Source: Eledone cirrhosa
Taxonomy: Eukaryota
Reading direction: 5' to 3'
DNA: 64,000 nucleotides
NCBI GenBank assembly: GCA_964016885.1
Contig: OZ024742.1
Location: 155,930,001-155,994,000, forward strand
The notes under the pieces are model-generated. The model saw nothing but the letters and a program-made list of their open reading frames with translations. It did no database searches and was not told where the DNA came from. The position numbers and the translations under genes were made by a program. Below are positions 50,369-64,000 of this stretch, in pieces; position 1 is the stretch's first letter; the number at the start of each line of letters is the position of its first letter.

Positions 50369-50536
50369 CTTGTTATTTTATGCCATGGTATACGACGTAA
50401 ATCGTGATCGAAACGAAATAGTTCTTTCCTCGTAAAAAAAAAATAAAGTATTGTAAATACCTCAGTCTGGAATTGAGTGATAACATAGTACTTTCGTCTA
50501 TTCAAGGACTGAAGAAGCGTGAGGTGATATGAATTG
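50369..50536 (-). CDS. Putative host exon (NSYHLTLLQ...RIPWHKIT)
   Basis: ttcaccAG acceptor, ag/GTgtgg donor (alternative donor at 50461), phase 2 to 2. Confidence 0.28.
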
Positions 50537-51194
50537 CTGGTGAATACAGTGTGGATTAGAAGAAATGAATAGAAAATTGAATATACTAAATTAAACATTG
50601 GAAGTGATCTGCATCTAATGGCGGATGGTTCCGAGGTGACAAAGATTCATTAATTCAACAACTCAAGCTGTTTCATTGCTTAAGCCGATATGGACATTAA
50701 GGTTCAACGAAGTAAAACTACTTTCCTATTTGCAAATTTAAGACAACTATGGCGATCTCCCATCCCAATTTCATAGATGATCGCTATACATAATATGCTA
50801 AACCTTTCAGTATTATTTCTCGCCAAAACATTAAACATTAATCGTATATACTTCATGCCAAAAGTCCATAATACTTTCTTTTTAGAACGCTTATTTTAGA
50901 CTAATACAGCTCTCCAACAAAATATCAGCCATAATAAAATATTAGTGAAATATTAATAACATATTATAGCGACGGATTCTTTAGTCATGTATCACAGCAG
51001 GATTTGAATTTAGAACCCACATAATCGGATTAAACATTACAAAGCATATTGTCCGACGCTATTTACATTCCAACACTACACACCACTGGAATAATATTTA
51101 TTTAAGTATTTAACAACGAAATTATGAAATTGTACTCAGATCTCACAAAACCAGAAAAAAAAATTGGATTCTGATACAAACACGAGGCCAAATA

Positions 51195-51410
51195 TTGTTA
51201 TCTTGTATAGGCAGAAGGCCAGTAATTTGGAAGGAGCGGAAAGTCAATTAAACGAACCCAGTACGTTACTGCATTTTTTATTTTATCGACCCCGTAAGGA
51301 TGATAGGCAAAGTTAACTTCGGCAGGATTTAAACCCAGAACGTAAGGGGCTGTAACTCCATGCTACAAAGCATAGTGTCTGACACTCGACTGATACTGCC
51401 AATCCAACGC
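51195..51410 (-). mobile_element. Full-length SINE
   Basis: SINE core and head; CCAAATATTG at about 51188 and 51421 may be the target duplication. Confidence 0.85.
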
Positions 51411-51620
51411 CCTCACAGGGCCAAATATTGCGAATTATTTTGTATTAGTCCTAACATTTTTCGGTTTACACCGAATGCGTATATGGATGTAGCATATATA
51501 TATATGTTTCCACATACCCCGCCCCCGTATATATAAATATATATACATATATAAATATTTTATATATATATATATATAGATAGATAGCTAGATAGACACA
51601 CACGCACACACGCACACACG

Positions 51621-51652
<32 letters not shown>

Positions 51653-51867
51653 AGTATATATATATATATATATATATATGTAGATAAATCTACCAAGAGT
51701 TTACGGTAGTGTCCAATCCGTATGAAGAACTCAATGTATTCCGGATATCATGGAAAGAAGAGATGTAATGAAAAACCACTTTCGGTGAAAGATAAACGGT
51801 ATACAGAGTCAAGATAAAATATTAAACAAATAATGAATAAACAATTCCTTATATTAAACAAAAAAAG

Positions 51868-52022
51868 TTCATTATTTAACGATCGTTTCTAGGATATATA
51901 TGTGTTAGAATTGGTATGCATATTCAACAGATCTATGTACAAAATTATACAAAATTATACAAATTATCAAGATTAAATATACATACCAAACACATATATA
52001 CGCCGTCTTCAGAAATAATGAA
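51868..52022 (-). ncRNA. Type I hammerhead motif with a very long stem II
   Basis: ttcattattt CTGAAGA [116-nt hairpin] GAA ACGATCGT T aaataatgaa; 10-bp stem I, palindromic stem III. Confidence 0.75.
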
Positions 52023-52554
52023 GTATATTTATTGATAATAACAACAATTCAAAATTTCAGGTCCGTTTGGGAACAAAATTGACCAATGAAAACACAAAGG
52101 GTTAAATGCAGTTCGGTGTGTGTATATACATGTAAAACCCTTACACATATTTTACAAAAATGTATGTATAATTTGTATACGCATACTAAAAGGATGGATG
52201 CAAATACAAAATTTCAAGGTTAATGTCTCTGTAAGTTTATAATGCGCAGATAAGATGCGTATTGACACTTATGAAGTTAAGTATATAAATATATTTTTTC
52301 ATACTCACACATATCCGTACAATCACACATACACGCGCGTATATGCATAAATATACACATAACCACGAACATACAAACACACACTCACCCCCACTCACAT
52401 TTATATATGTGGATATAAAATCATAAGCACATCGATATTAATTCACTCACATAAAACACTGGCACACACATTTTTAGATCAAGATACAGAAATTAGGTGG
52501 GAGGGGGGCGGTCAGTATTCAACGGTCTGAGCAGACTGCCTAATATAAATGTAT

Positions 52555-52713
52555 CTATAAACTAAGAAAAATAAAAAAATAAAATATAATAAATAAAACA
52601 TTAAAGAGGAAAGAATAGAAAGAAAAACAGAAAAAAGAAAAAAGAAAAAAGAAAAAAGAAAAAAGAAAAAAGAAATATATCAAGAAAATAAATATATACA
52701 TATACACATATAT

Positions 52714-52754
<41 letters not shown>

Positions 52755-52950
52755 TATATATATATATAAAAACATACATATATATACACATAGACACACA
52801 CACATCCATACATAAATATACACACATATATAAACACATACATACATATACACACATCCACACTAAGAACATACATACACACACATATATAAACATATAG
52901 ATATACACACATACATACATATACACATATACATACAAATACACATACAC

Positions 52951-53000
<50 letters not shown>

Positions 53001-53310
53001 GTACATACACGTACATATACACACACATATACATATAATCACACATACTATATAGAACCAGATATATATAACCACACACATACATGCACATATACAACAC
53101 TTACATACTAATATACATACAGATATACACATACATAGCTATATATACACACAAATATATACAGACTTACATATATACATACAGACAAATACTTACGCAT
53201 CTATATATCGGTATATACATACAAACACCACTACACTATCACACAACTTAGAAATACAAAGGGAAAGGTATATACCTATACACACATACATATACAAATA
53301 GAAAAACATA

Positions 53311-53346
<36 letters not shown>

Positions 53347-53369
53347 TATACATATACATACATATATAT

Positions 53370-53407
<38 letters not shown>

Positions 53408-53655
53408 CAAATACACATACACACACATACAGATATATACACATACATACATGTACACACACATAGAAATATTTACGCATACACAGATACACACATACAT
53501 ATAAAGTCATACACACACATACACCTACACGAACATACACATACACATATATAAAGATATATATACACACACACACACACACGCAACACATACACACATA
53601 CACATATATATAAAAAATAAATAATAAAGATATATACATATATATATACACATAC

Positions 53656-53696
<41 letters not shown>

Positions 53697-53771
53697 CATC
53701 TAAATATACATACACATACATACACACATACATAGACATACATGTACATACATATACGTACATCGATATAC

Positions 53772-53802
<31 letters not shown>

Positions 53803-54075
53803 GACATATACATACATACACACACAACTTACATACACACATATATATACATGTATATTCATACATAGAATTAGATATATAATCATACATACATATGCAC
53901 TTACTTATACTCATATATACAAATACATACGCATCCATATATGCGTATATACATAAAAAACCACTACAACCTCACCTAACTCAGACATACAAATAAAAAT
54001 AATAATAAAAAGGCATATGTATATACATACACACACGCATTAATAGAGATATATATATACACACATACATAAACA

Positions 54076-54117
<42 letters not shown>

Positions 54118-54370
54118 CATACACTCATACATATATATATATATATACATAGATACCCACACACTCATACCACCATAAATACACATACAAACACCCACAT
54201 ATACATATATATACACACGTATATATATATATATATATACACACACATAAAAAACAGACATGCACATATATATATATTTTTTTACACTTATATATACACA
54301 TATTATATATACATACACAACCTCACTTATACACACATACACATAAGTTATATTATAATAATAAAAAATA

Positions 54371-54402
<32 letters not shown>

Positions 54403-54493
54403 ACATACATACATATATATATATATATACACATAAACATATACATACATATATACACACATACGAATATAGACATATATTCACACATAGACA

Positions 54494-54537
<44 letters not shown>

Positions 54538-55050
54538 TACATATACACAGACACATATACACACTCACATATATATATGTGTGTGTGCACACACACATAT
54601 ATACACACATACACATATATACACATAAACACATATATGTGCATACATGCACGCACACACACATATATCACATAGATACGAAGATAGACATATAAATAGA
54701 GAGACATACATATATATACAACACACATACACACACATACATACACACGCATATACATATACATATATATATACATATATATATTCCTATATATACATAT
54801 ATACATATATATACACATATATACACATACATACACATATACGTACACACATTCACATACACATACATATATACATGCATATATACACATATATACATAC
54901 ATACACACACTCATATATACACACACAATCTTACATTCATATTTGCATGCGCATATATGTATTTTTATATTTAGATATAAATACCCAAACTTATATAGAC
55001 ACCTACCTACATATATATTCATACATAGACGCTTACAAATACAGATGATA
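52555..55050. repeat. 2.5-kb degenerate (CA)/(TA)/(CATA) low-complexity tract
   Basis: Directly visible; very G-poor on the + strand. Confidence 0.95.
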
Positions 55051-55519
55051 ATAGTATGGGGGAAAGGGGGGGTTTGGAGAAGGGGATCAAAGTAAATATA
55101 TGTTTCAAGAAACATAGAATATTTTCCGTATCTTTATCCAATGTATGTTTTTACATATTTTCAGTGTTAGGAAATACAACAAACAAGAACTAAGGCAAAA
55201 TCTATGCATCTCAAAATAAATAAGTATACCATTAATCATATGTTAACTAAATCAAAAATCATCGTTTCTGACTCTGGGTGTTATGAAGATAACGCTCGCT
55301 CAACCCGCTCTTTATATATATATATAATTACATTTCATTTGTAATATGTTGTATCTAGTTAAAATTGTGTATAACCATTATTGTGGCCAGGGTACATCTA
55401 CATGTTCCATACAACAATATTAATTCAACAGATGTTCTGAAGAATATATATATATGTGTATATACACACACACACACACACGCTCACACACACACATACA
55501 CACACATACACACACACAC

Positions 55520-55554
<35 letters not shown>

Positions 55555-55561
55555 TATATAA

Positions 55562-56800
55562 TATAAAATCAAAAGATGGTTAAAAGAGTTCAAAGTATTT
55601 TATTATGCGCATTTCAAAAACAAATATCATCATGGGATGATATCTGCGTTTTCATTAGATAAAATAGGGATATATGATATGAAGCTTAAAAACAGTTGTG
55701 AATAGTGAAGTTTTAAATCAACATATGAAAAATTATTTAAGATTGATGTGTGCGATTGGGAAGAAGTGAGGGGGATGTTGGAAAAGGTAAGGAAGAGGAG
55801 GAGATGAGAGTAAAGAATGGGGGGGGGAGTATAAGAAGGAAGGATGAGAGAGAAGGAGAGATGGGTGATAGAGAGAGAGAGATAGCCTTTACAACTGAGA
55901 AAAAAATGTATATTGTCTCACAGAGAGAAGTTGAAAATCCTTTGGAAGATAAAAGATAATTTTAAAGAATTTGAAATTAAAAGTTAATGAGGTTTATGCA
56001 GGAAGAAAAAAGGGGATTAAGAATAATATTAAATTAGGTTTGTATATTGAAGGGTTTAATAATATGTGCGAGGAAAAGAAATTATTAATATGTATTATTA
56101 AAATAAAAAAATATTAATGTTATTAAGTATATAATGTGAAAAGATGTAGAAGAATGAATGAGTTATGAATTTAGAGGAACTAGTTAGGTTTAAATTTGTT
56201 TTTATGTAATGTAATATGTGTGCGTAATATTTGTACGTAAATAGTTTGTTTAAAAGTGAGCGCAGAATAAAAAGAAGAAAATAATGTTTACGGAAGAAAA
56301 TATCTAACATGAAAAAATATAAATATTTACGAAATATTTTCTAATGGTAATAATATAATATATTAAAATAAATTAGTTAGGGTTTAAGTTTGTTTATATG
56401 TATTGTAATATGTAAAAGTCAAAGGAGCATGAAAGGATGAGATACAGGAGTTTAAGGAAGAAAAATCTAACATAAAAAAAAATGTTTATGTTTACGAAGG
56501 ACTATTAAAGGTAATACTATAAAGTATTAAAACAAATAATAATAATTGTTTCTACGTTAGGCACAAGGCCAGCAATTACCCAGTGCATTACTGGTACTTT
56601 ATTTTATCGACCCCGTAAGGATGAAAGGCAAAGTCAACCTCGGCAGGATTTGAACTCAGATCGTAAAGGGACGTAACTATGCTGGAAAGCATGGCGTCCG
56701 ACGCTCTACTGATACTGCCAATCCACCGTAAAAAGAAAAAAAAATAATATCCGAGATTTGCATTGCTTTGTTGTGCTACAATAAAACTCACATCCTACAT
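55562..56800. mobile_element. PLE remnant of the 57501-58208 family, interrupted by a SINE
   Basis: 55562-55980 colinear with 57502-57880; 56745-56800 matches 58155-58208; hammerhead core mutated (CTAATGA). Confidence 0.7.
56537..56730 (-). mobile_element. Full-length, well-conserved SINE
   Basis: (AAT)n tail on + strand, core, B-box GAGTTCAAATCC on minus. Confidence 0.92.
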
Positions 56801-56808
56801 ATATATAT

Positions 56809-56853
56809 ATAATGTATATATTTGATCAAATAATTCTATGAACATACATTAAC

Positions 56854-56888
<35 letters not shown>

Positions 56889-56934
56889 CGATAATGTATG
56901 TTCATAGAATCATACGATCAAATATATACATTAT
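56809..56934. repeat. Inverted repeat (~47-bp arms) centred on (TA)n
   Basis: 56809-56856 versus 56887-56934. Confidence 0.8.
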
Positions 56935-57437
56935 TTCCTCTCCCAATTAGCATAATCAACCACACAAAAAACTAATTAAACAAGGCTATAATATTAAAAA
57001 GGCACCTATGAAGAAACAATAGCTATCTATACGCGATCAACAGCCGTACAATATTTATCTAGCATTTCTAATAGCACGTGGAAATCGATTAGATATATCG
57101 TCAATCATACTCGATTAGGTATGAAATCAAAGTTAGAAGAAAAAATGTGTATAAGCATACCAAAATTATGTTTCTACCCCATGAGGTTTTATTCGTTTTT
57201 TGGAATTATCCGATCAAGGATAAATTCAGGAAGTTCGATATCATCAAAAAACAATCTCAATTGGACGAAGATATTTCTTAAATGATCCTCGCCAGAAACG
57301 AATTCAAAACGGCTAAGAACTGTGACGTAGCTAGTGGTCAAGTCAGAAAGAATGTGATTGGTGCCTTACAGCGAGTGGGCTGGTTGCTAGAAAGCGCAGC
57401 CTAATACTGCCTAAATTACATCTCAACCATAAGGCAG

Positions 57438-57500
<63 letters not shown>

Positions 57501-57506
<6 letters not shown>

Positions 57507-58206
57507 AGATCAAAAGATGGTTAAAGGAGTTCCATATATTTTATTATGCGCATCTCAAAAACAAACATCATCAAGCAATAATATTTGTGTTTTCATCAGA
57601 TAAAACAGGAGAACATGATATGAAGGCTAAAAAACACTTGTGGATAGTGCAGTTTTAAATCAACATATGAAAAGTGGTTTTAGATTGATGTGTGATATTG
57701 GGAAAAATATTTTATTTAGAGAGGGGTGGGGGGAAGGATGAAAAGGGAAGGAGATGAGAGGGAGAGATGGGTGATAGAGAGAAAGAGATAGTTTTTATAA
57801 CTGAGAGGAGATATATTTTTTACATAGAGAGGTTGAAAACCGTTGGAAGATACTGTATAAATTAAAAATTTTGAAAATTAACGAAGGGAGGATATGTGCG
57901 AGGAAAAAATATTTTTCCCAATATCACACATCAATCTAAAACCACTTTTCATATGTTGATTTAAAACTGCACTATCCACAAGTGTTTTTTAGCCTTCATA
58001 TCATGTTCTCCTGTTTTATCTGATGAAAACACAAATATTATTGCTTGATGATGTTTGTTTTTGAAATGCGCATAATAAAATATATGGAACTCCTTTAACC
58101 ATCTTTTGATCTTATATTATGCATACTCCAGTCCCACAAACTGTAGAGTGCTTCTTATCCGATATCTGCATTGCTTTATTGTACTACAATAAAACTCACC
58201 TCCTAC

Positions 58207-58208
<2 letters not shown>
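57501..58208 (+). mobile_element. PLE terminal remnant with ~212-bp inverted arms (57501-57712/57905-58117) between (TA)n tracts
   Basis: Near-perfect inverted repeat; right arm continues to the family 3' end. Confidence 0.85.
58014..58080 (+). ncRNA. Type I hammerhead ribozyme
   Basis: ttttat CTGATGA [~16-bp stem II] GAA ATGCGCAT A ataaaa; palindromic stem III; mirror copy has GAGA instead of GAAA. Confidence 0.8.
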
Positions 58209-58269
<61 letters not shown>

Positions 58270-59018
58270 CATAACATTATATAAACGTATATAAATGTAC
58301 ATACATAAATACATATATAACAGCACGCACACACATACCCACAGGTAAATACACCTATGTTCGCTAAACGTACATCAACCAAAACACAAAGTACACATAC
58401 ACACCTTACATGCGTACAAACCCGCATGCACACACACACGCAAAATACGCGTATGCACATAACCAATACACATGTAACAGTATATATCGTATAATATATA
58501 CACCTATAACAAATACAAGCAAATATACGCACGAGAAAGTATACGTACCTTCACAACACATGCAGGAAATATATACTTACCTATACAAATAAGTAATGGT
58601 ATAAACATACAATATACTTAGCTACCACATCAAGACGTAAATTATCCGCGTATTGTTAGTACTATCCGTTAGGGTATAATGACAGGACAGTTTTATGCAA
58701 TCTATGTTTACAAGCACAAATTGCCTCAGATTTTTTGTTTAGGATGTGGTCTTTGGTGAAGAGTATTTCCAGGGCTTCAGCCGTCGCATGGTCTTTTATT
58801 TCCGTTATACGATCTAGCCTTTGCTAGGATCTCCCAGTGTAACCTATATTGGGTGTGGTTGTCTTTTAGACTCCAGATATAAGCTGTAAGTGACGACATA
58901 TTCCTTCTTAAATGGTTAAGAAACGAATGGCTATGCATGTAAAGACGCTCCTGTTTTCCTTCGGTTGCAACGTTTATCGAAATATTTACTCCTGCGTTCC
59001 CAGATTGATTTTTTTACT

Positions 59019-59069
59019 AGTTTCAGAAGATCCCGTTAGGGGTGAAAGCAGCGATTCTTTGCTTAAGCT
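59019..59069 (+). ncRNA. Second independent copy of the CAGAAGA hammerhead-like motif
   Basis: agttt CAGAAGA tcccgttaggggt GAA AGCAG-cgattct-TTGCT T aagct. Confidence 0.55.
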
Positions 59070-59302
59070 TTAATCTGTTATTTATATATATATATATAAT
59101 ATGTAATGATATATATATATATATCATTGATATAACTCATATGAAATGATACAGCGAATTTTCCACACAGTACAATTAGTTAGCACCCCGAACGTTTAAT
59201 TAGGAATATACTCAGGTATAGCCTAATGTTTTTTGAGTGAGTTGGTATTTGGCCCGAGTATCGTTATTAGCTTTCTCCGATTATGTATATATTTATATAT
59301 AT

Positions 59303-59348
<46 letters not shown>

Positions 59349-59401
59349 ATATATAGATAGATAGATATATAAATATGAGCGTGTATATAGTATATATATA
59401 G

Positions 59402-59743
59402 TTCTAGGAGAGGGAAAACTCTGAGATAACACCTCCAACTCTGATGGCATCCAATGATGTTGCCTTGTTCTTCTTTTTGGTAAATATCATATTGGTTAAG
59501 AGAGTGGGACTGGCTTTGTGCAGTGCCTTTGCTCACTATAAAAGCTTCACGGCACAGGCATTGCTTTATATCTGGAGATCTCTCTGCATTTGTCGTCACA
59601 TGGTACCATGGGCCCAGCACTATGTGTCAATAATTGTGACAAGTGTAGTGTTTGTACCAGTGGTTTCAAGTCGCATCGGTAGGAGTTCTCCTACATGGAT
59701 ATAAAGTAGTTGCCGTACTCGAAAACGAGTTGGCAGCCATCAT

Positions 59744-59750
<7 letters not shown>
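59402..59750 (+). mobile_element. 5'-truncated copy of the non-autonomous RTE element
   Basis: Colinear with 47161-47533 apart from an internal deletion. Confidence 0.8.
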
Positions 59751-59841
<91 letters not shown>

Positions 59842-60229
59842 GTGGGTGTGGGTATGTGCCTCTGTGTGTGTGCCTGTGTCTGTAGATGTGACTCTCATCA
59901 TTTCCATTTTCTTTGTTTAGTGACAAGTTTTGATTAATATATGGAAGCTTTCAAGTGTGTAACTAGCAGCAATAAAGCATTCAGGGTGTCTCTGATTTAG
60001 AATTGAATTTCCCAATCTAGAATATAAAAAGACATTCTTTCAAATTAATGAGGTGACACACTTCTCGTAATGATGCATTTTAATCAATGTTTTATCACCG
60101 ACTGATATATTATTAAGAGACTAAAGAGTAAAATCATATTTCTTATATACATTTAACGGAATCCACTGAGTTGAATATATCTGGTCAACAGATAAGTTCC
60201 TCCCTTTATCCAACCTGGCACGAGGGAAC

Positions 60230-60870
60230 AAAACTATAATAGTCTTTCCTTTAGCCATCCAACTTGGAAATTCTTCTTGTACCTCACACTCATTTCGGTG
60301 CTTCCCTAGCCCCGAATGGACACTTTTAAATATGTTCTACCAGATTCCCCTGATAACATCCGGTCCGGGAGATTTCTAGTATCGCATTTTTCTAACTGAC
60401 TCTTGAAAATTCTTTCCTATCTCTGTTTTTTTTTTCTTTATAAATTTCATGCTCAATTTAATTTATCGCTCTCGTATCTTTGTTTATCTCTTTTGCAATT
60501 CTGCATATATTTGACAAGTATTGTGTGGATAATTCAGCATTAGGTACAACTTCTGCACCATTTTCCCCTGATTATGATTTGCAGCGTGCAGCCTGTTCAG
60601 TTTGCACCGTTTCTGAATATAACATTACACGCAATCCCATTGAATTTTGACTTAATTCGCTATTTCCTTTCTGTCACTACATTCAACCCTTTCAAATTTA
60701 TTTCATGACACATCGCTATAGCCCTTTTCCCTCATAAATTGCCCTTCTTCAATTTCCCTTTATGACTCACTTTCGCGTATCTTGAGACTTTTGATAAAAT
60801 ACACAATCTTAGTTGAAAATCTCCAGGAAAAAATAAAATCTCAAATTTCTTCAAGCTTTCTTGTTAGCGT
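60230..60870 (-). pseudogene. Old R4/Dong LINE fragment
   Basis: KSPGPDVIRGIW*NIFKSVH...FPSWMAKGKT parallels WKSPGPDGVQAYW...WLTKGTT of 29649-31745. Confidence 0.65.
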
Positions 60871-60944
60871 GGATATAAAAAATATATAGTATCATCAGAA
60901 AATATACACAGTTACATAACACGAACGGATGGTTGCATCCTTAC

Positions 60945-61113
60945 ATATTCCGCCACCGTACTGGCAGTGTAGTTTCATGCGTTAGGGTGGTACTGCACTT
61001 GATATACCAGTGCGTGCAACAGAGTTGATGACTTTGTTGATAAATGCATGAGAGACGGTAACAAGCCAGGAATCGACATGAATATTTACGAGTGTCTTCC
61101 GACAAAAAGAGTG
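60945..61113 (-). CDS. Putative Cys-rich host exon (LFLSEDTRKYSCRF...PVRWRN)
   Basis: tatttAG acceptor, GTaagg donor, single open frame, phase 1 to 2. Confidence 0.3.
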
Positions 61114-61644
61114 CTAAATACGTAGGAAATTTCCGAAAGACATAGAGAACGGGGTGTGTTTGTAAAATAGCAACATATTAACGCTGGAGAAAAGCAAAAT
61201 GTAACATTCATGGCGTAGATATAGTTGAGATACAAATTTGAAGAAAAATATCATGGTAGACAGCAGAAACTCCCCGTTCGTTCTTCTCTTTCTGTTTCCC
61301 AAAGAAATATATAACTACTAAACATTATTTGACATTCTGGATGATTTCTATTGAATGAAATATTTCTCGTTCTGTAGAAATAAATATCTACTTTCTGTCT
61401 AACGTAATCAGTAACTTATTTATTTGTAATTCCTCATCCGTTCCACAGACACACATACACACACAGACATATATATTTAAATATATATATAAATTTAATT
61501 CCTGATTATTTTCAGCGAATGATACACATCTAGTCATGTAAAAAGACACACACACATGACATATATATATCCCCACTCTCACCAACCGTGAAGCTAATAA
61601 CACTATGTACTATTAACTCCTGCGTTTGTTTGTCCTTTTGAAGT

Positions 61645-61707
61645 ATACATATATATATATATGTATATATATATAAATATGTATATATATATATATAAAT
61701 ATATGTG

Positions 61708-61793
<86 letters not shown>

Positions 61794-61810
61794 TATATAA
61801 GTATATATAT

Positions 61811-61890
<80 letters not shown>

Positions 61891-61901
61891 TACATATATA
61901 T

Positions 61902-61985
<84 letters not shown>
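61645..61985. repeat. Long interrupted (TA)n microsatellite
   Basis: Directly visible. Confidence 0.95.
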
Positions 61986-61987
<2 letters not shown>

Positions 61988-64000
61988 CTTTTGACCAGAT
62001 GTTGTGTAGTAGTGAATATATGAGCGTATTTGCGCGTTCATTCATGAGTGTTTATTCGCCTAATCGTATGGCATTGAAATTTCTTCCTGTTCTACTTCAT
62101 TCTCAGATATAAGCGATTGATTGTATCGGCATAATACAATATACTAGTATTTAGGAGAGAATGAGATTTCATTTTCTGACACGCGCAGATTCTTCAATAG
62201 GATATGCAAATTAATATTTGTGAAACGTTCTTCAAAAGTTTACGGCTAGTAACATATTTTATTAGTTTTGCTGGCCGACAAATGGATACTACAAGCACGC
62301 TTCATCCGTTCTCAACTCAATTGTATCTATACCTAGCAGATATTCTGATCTCTGCATAATCAATGCTACTCAGCACAAATCACATATAATGCATCATCAC
62401 CATCATCACCAACAGAACATTAACCCTTTGGAATCTCAAATTATCTTACTGAACACACTTCCTCAGTTGCTAAGCTATATATTCTTTGCAGTGCAATGGT
62501 TCTCTGCTCAATGACAGATAAGTAGATAGCCCAGATTATCCTCGTAGACATGTCTCCCCAAACACATCACCTGCACCATATTTTAAAACTTATTTACAAT
62601 AAGCTTGGCCAAAAATCTCTCCATCTCTCTTAATTTTAGAAAATAAAGAAATACTTGAAACCGGTAAATTTATTGTAAATAAACATTTTAATGACGCCAA
62701 TTGCATATTCAAGTTCTTTTTATTACACACACTCACACATCCACGTATACACACACACGCATACACACGCTCATATATGAGTATATATATATATATATAT
62801 ATATAGGTGTGTGTGTGTATATGTATGTGTCTGTGTGTATTTATGTTTATAGCCGTGTGTGTGTGCCTGTGCATGGTAATGATCGATATGAGTATGGGAA
62901 TGTTTGTTAAAATGAGAGCATTTACAGGCATTAATTTTTTATTCAGTGTATTTGGTGCTTGGTAAACAACAACAATATTCATTAAAAATAACAAGAAATG
63001 AATACAACTATTCTGTGGAAATCAAATAAACTAATAAAGTTGAAATATGTTTAGATTTAATTTAATTTGGTTAATTCTATGCTGCATGGTTTCCTCAAGC
63101 CTCCCGGTACGAAGTTGCAATAAAATTGGCGACTACTTTCAGGTGTAAATCCTCCAAATATTTCATTGCCATGTATATTCTGTTTTATTCCTAAAAAAGA
63201 ATCCGATTTCTGCCGGGCGATATAGTGAAAAACCACCAATGAGATAAAATGCCAATACTTTGACATTTTAATTGACAGACGTTAATCTCCTGTTTGACTT
63301 TTCGTATTTCTTGGAGTAAATTAAGTTTATAAGGGAATCAACCGGGAATTAATGACATAAATCCCCAAACTTACATAATATAAACTCAACGTGTTACAAA
63401 CAGTACCCACTGTTTATGTTACTTCATTACGCATCAAAATAGGTGGAAGTATGTATTATGTGGATACTATTTCAGCAGTGCGTCATATAAAAGTGATAGA
63501 ATTTTTCGTTTCAGTTTGTCCTCCATGAAAGGGATGAAACCCTAACACTGAGTGTATGAGTGTATGTATGTATATATGTATGTATATATGTATGTATATA
63601 TGTATATATGTATCTATATGTGGGTACGTGAGTGTATCTCTAGCTGAATACATATCTACTAACCTTGTGGTGCTATAAACACTGCCTATTAGACAATATA
63701 TCGGTTTATCATCATCATTCAACCCTCTGAAACGGTCGTAAAACAATGAACTAATTAACCCCTATCTTCAAGTTTTGTATTATTTTCATTGTTCAAAAAT
63801 TATATATATATATACAATACATATATATATATATATATAAATACATATGTGCAGGTGTGTGTATGTGTGTGTGAGTGTGTGGTTGTGTGTGTGTGTGGGG
63901 GGGGGGGGTCGTGAGCGCGCGTATGTATAACCGAGGAGAAATGCGTGATTTGCTTCCTTGCAGGTGACCCTCTATATATTTCCGTCCCCAGTGGTAATTT

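Noticed and set aside
52555-55115. Many long [12 protein letters not shown] ORFs here and at other microsatellites
   Set aside because: Artefacts of stop-free dinucleotide repeats
56640-56730. tRNA gene
   Set aside because: A/B-box-like head continues into the SINE core and tail; no full cloverleaf

Overview
AT-rich, microsatellite-dense animal DNA, probably octopod cephalopod (inferred from a recurrent tRNA/Nin-domain SINE, not verified). No bacterial-type genes, rRNA or CRISPR. The centre (16.0-43.2 kb) is a ~27 kb retrotransposon cluster: Tx1/L1-clade LINEs and R4/Dong-clade LINEs meet at (ATT)n/(TAA)n tracts, always in opposite orientation. A ~9.5 kb block (18820-28284) appears inverted. 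The flanks hold many Penelope-like element (PLE) remnants in (TA)n tracts, often as long inverted repeats, with about a dozen type I hammerhead ribozyme motifs that fold by eye, including a recurrent CAGAAGA-core variant and one with a 116-nt stem II. Also present: a Chapaev3 DNA transposon, ~10 SINE copies whose 3' end resembles the Tx1 3' end, a bipartite non-autonomous RTE element with an HDV-like motif, and a low-confidence chain of phase-compatible minus-strand exons of an unrecognised host gene. Boundaries of decayed elements are approximate and family names come from motif recognition, not database searches.
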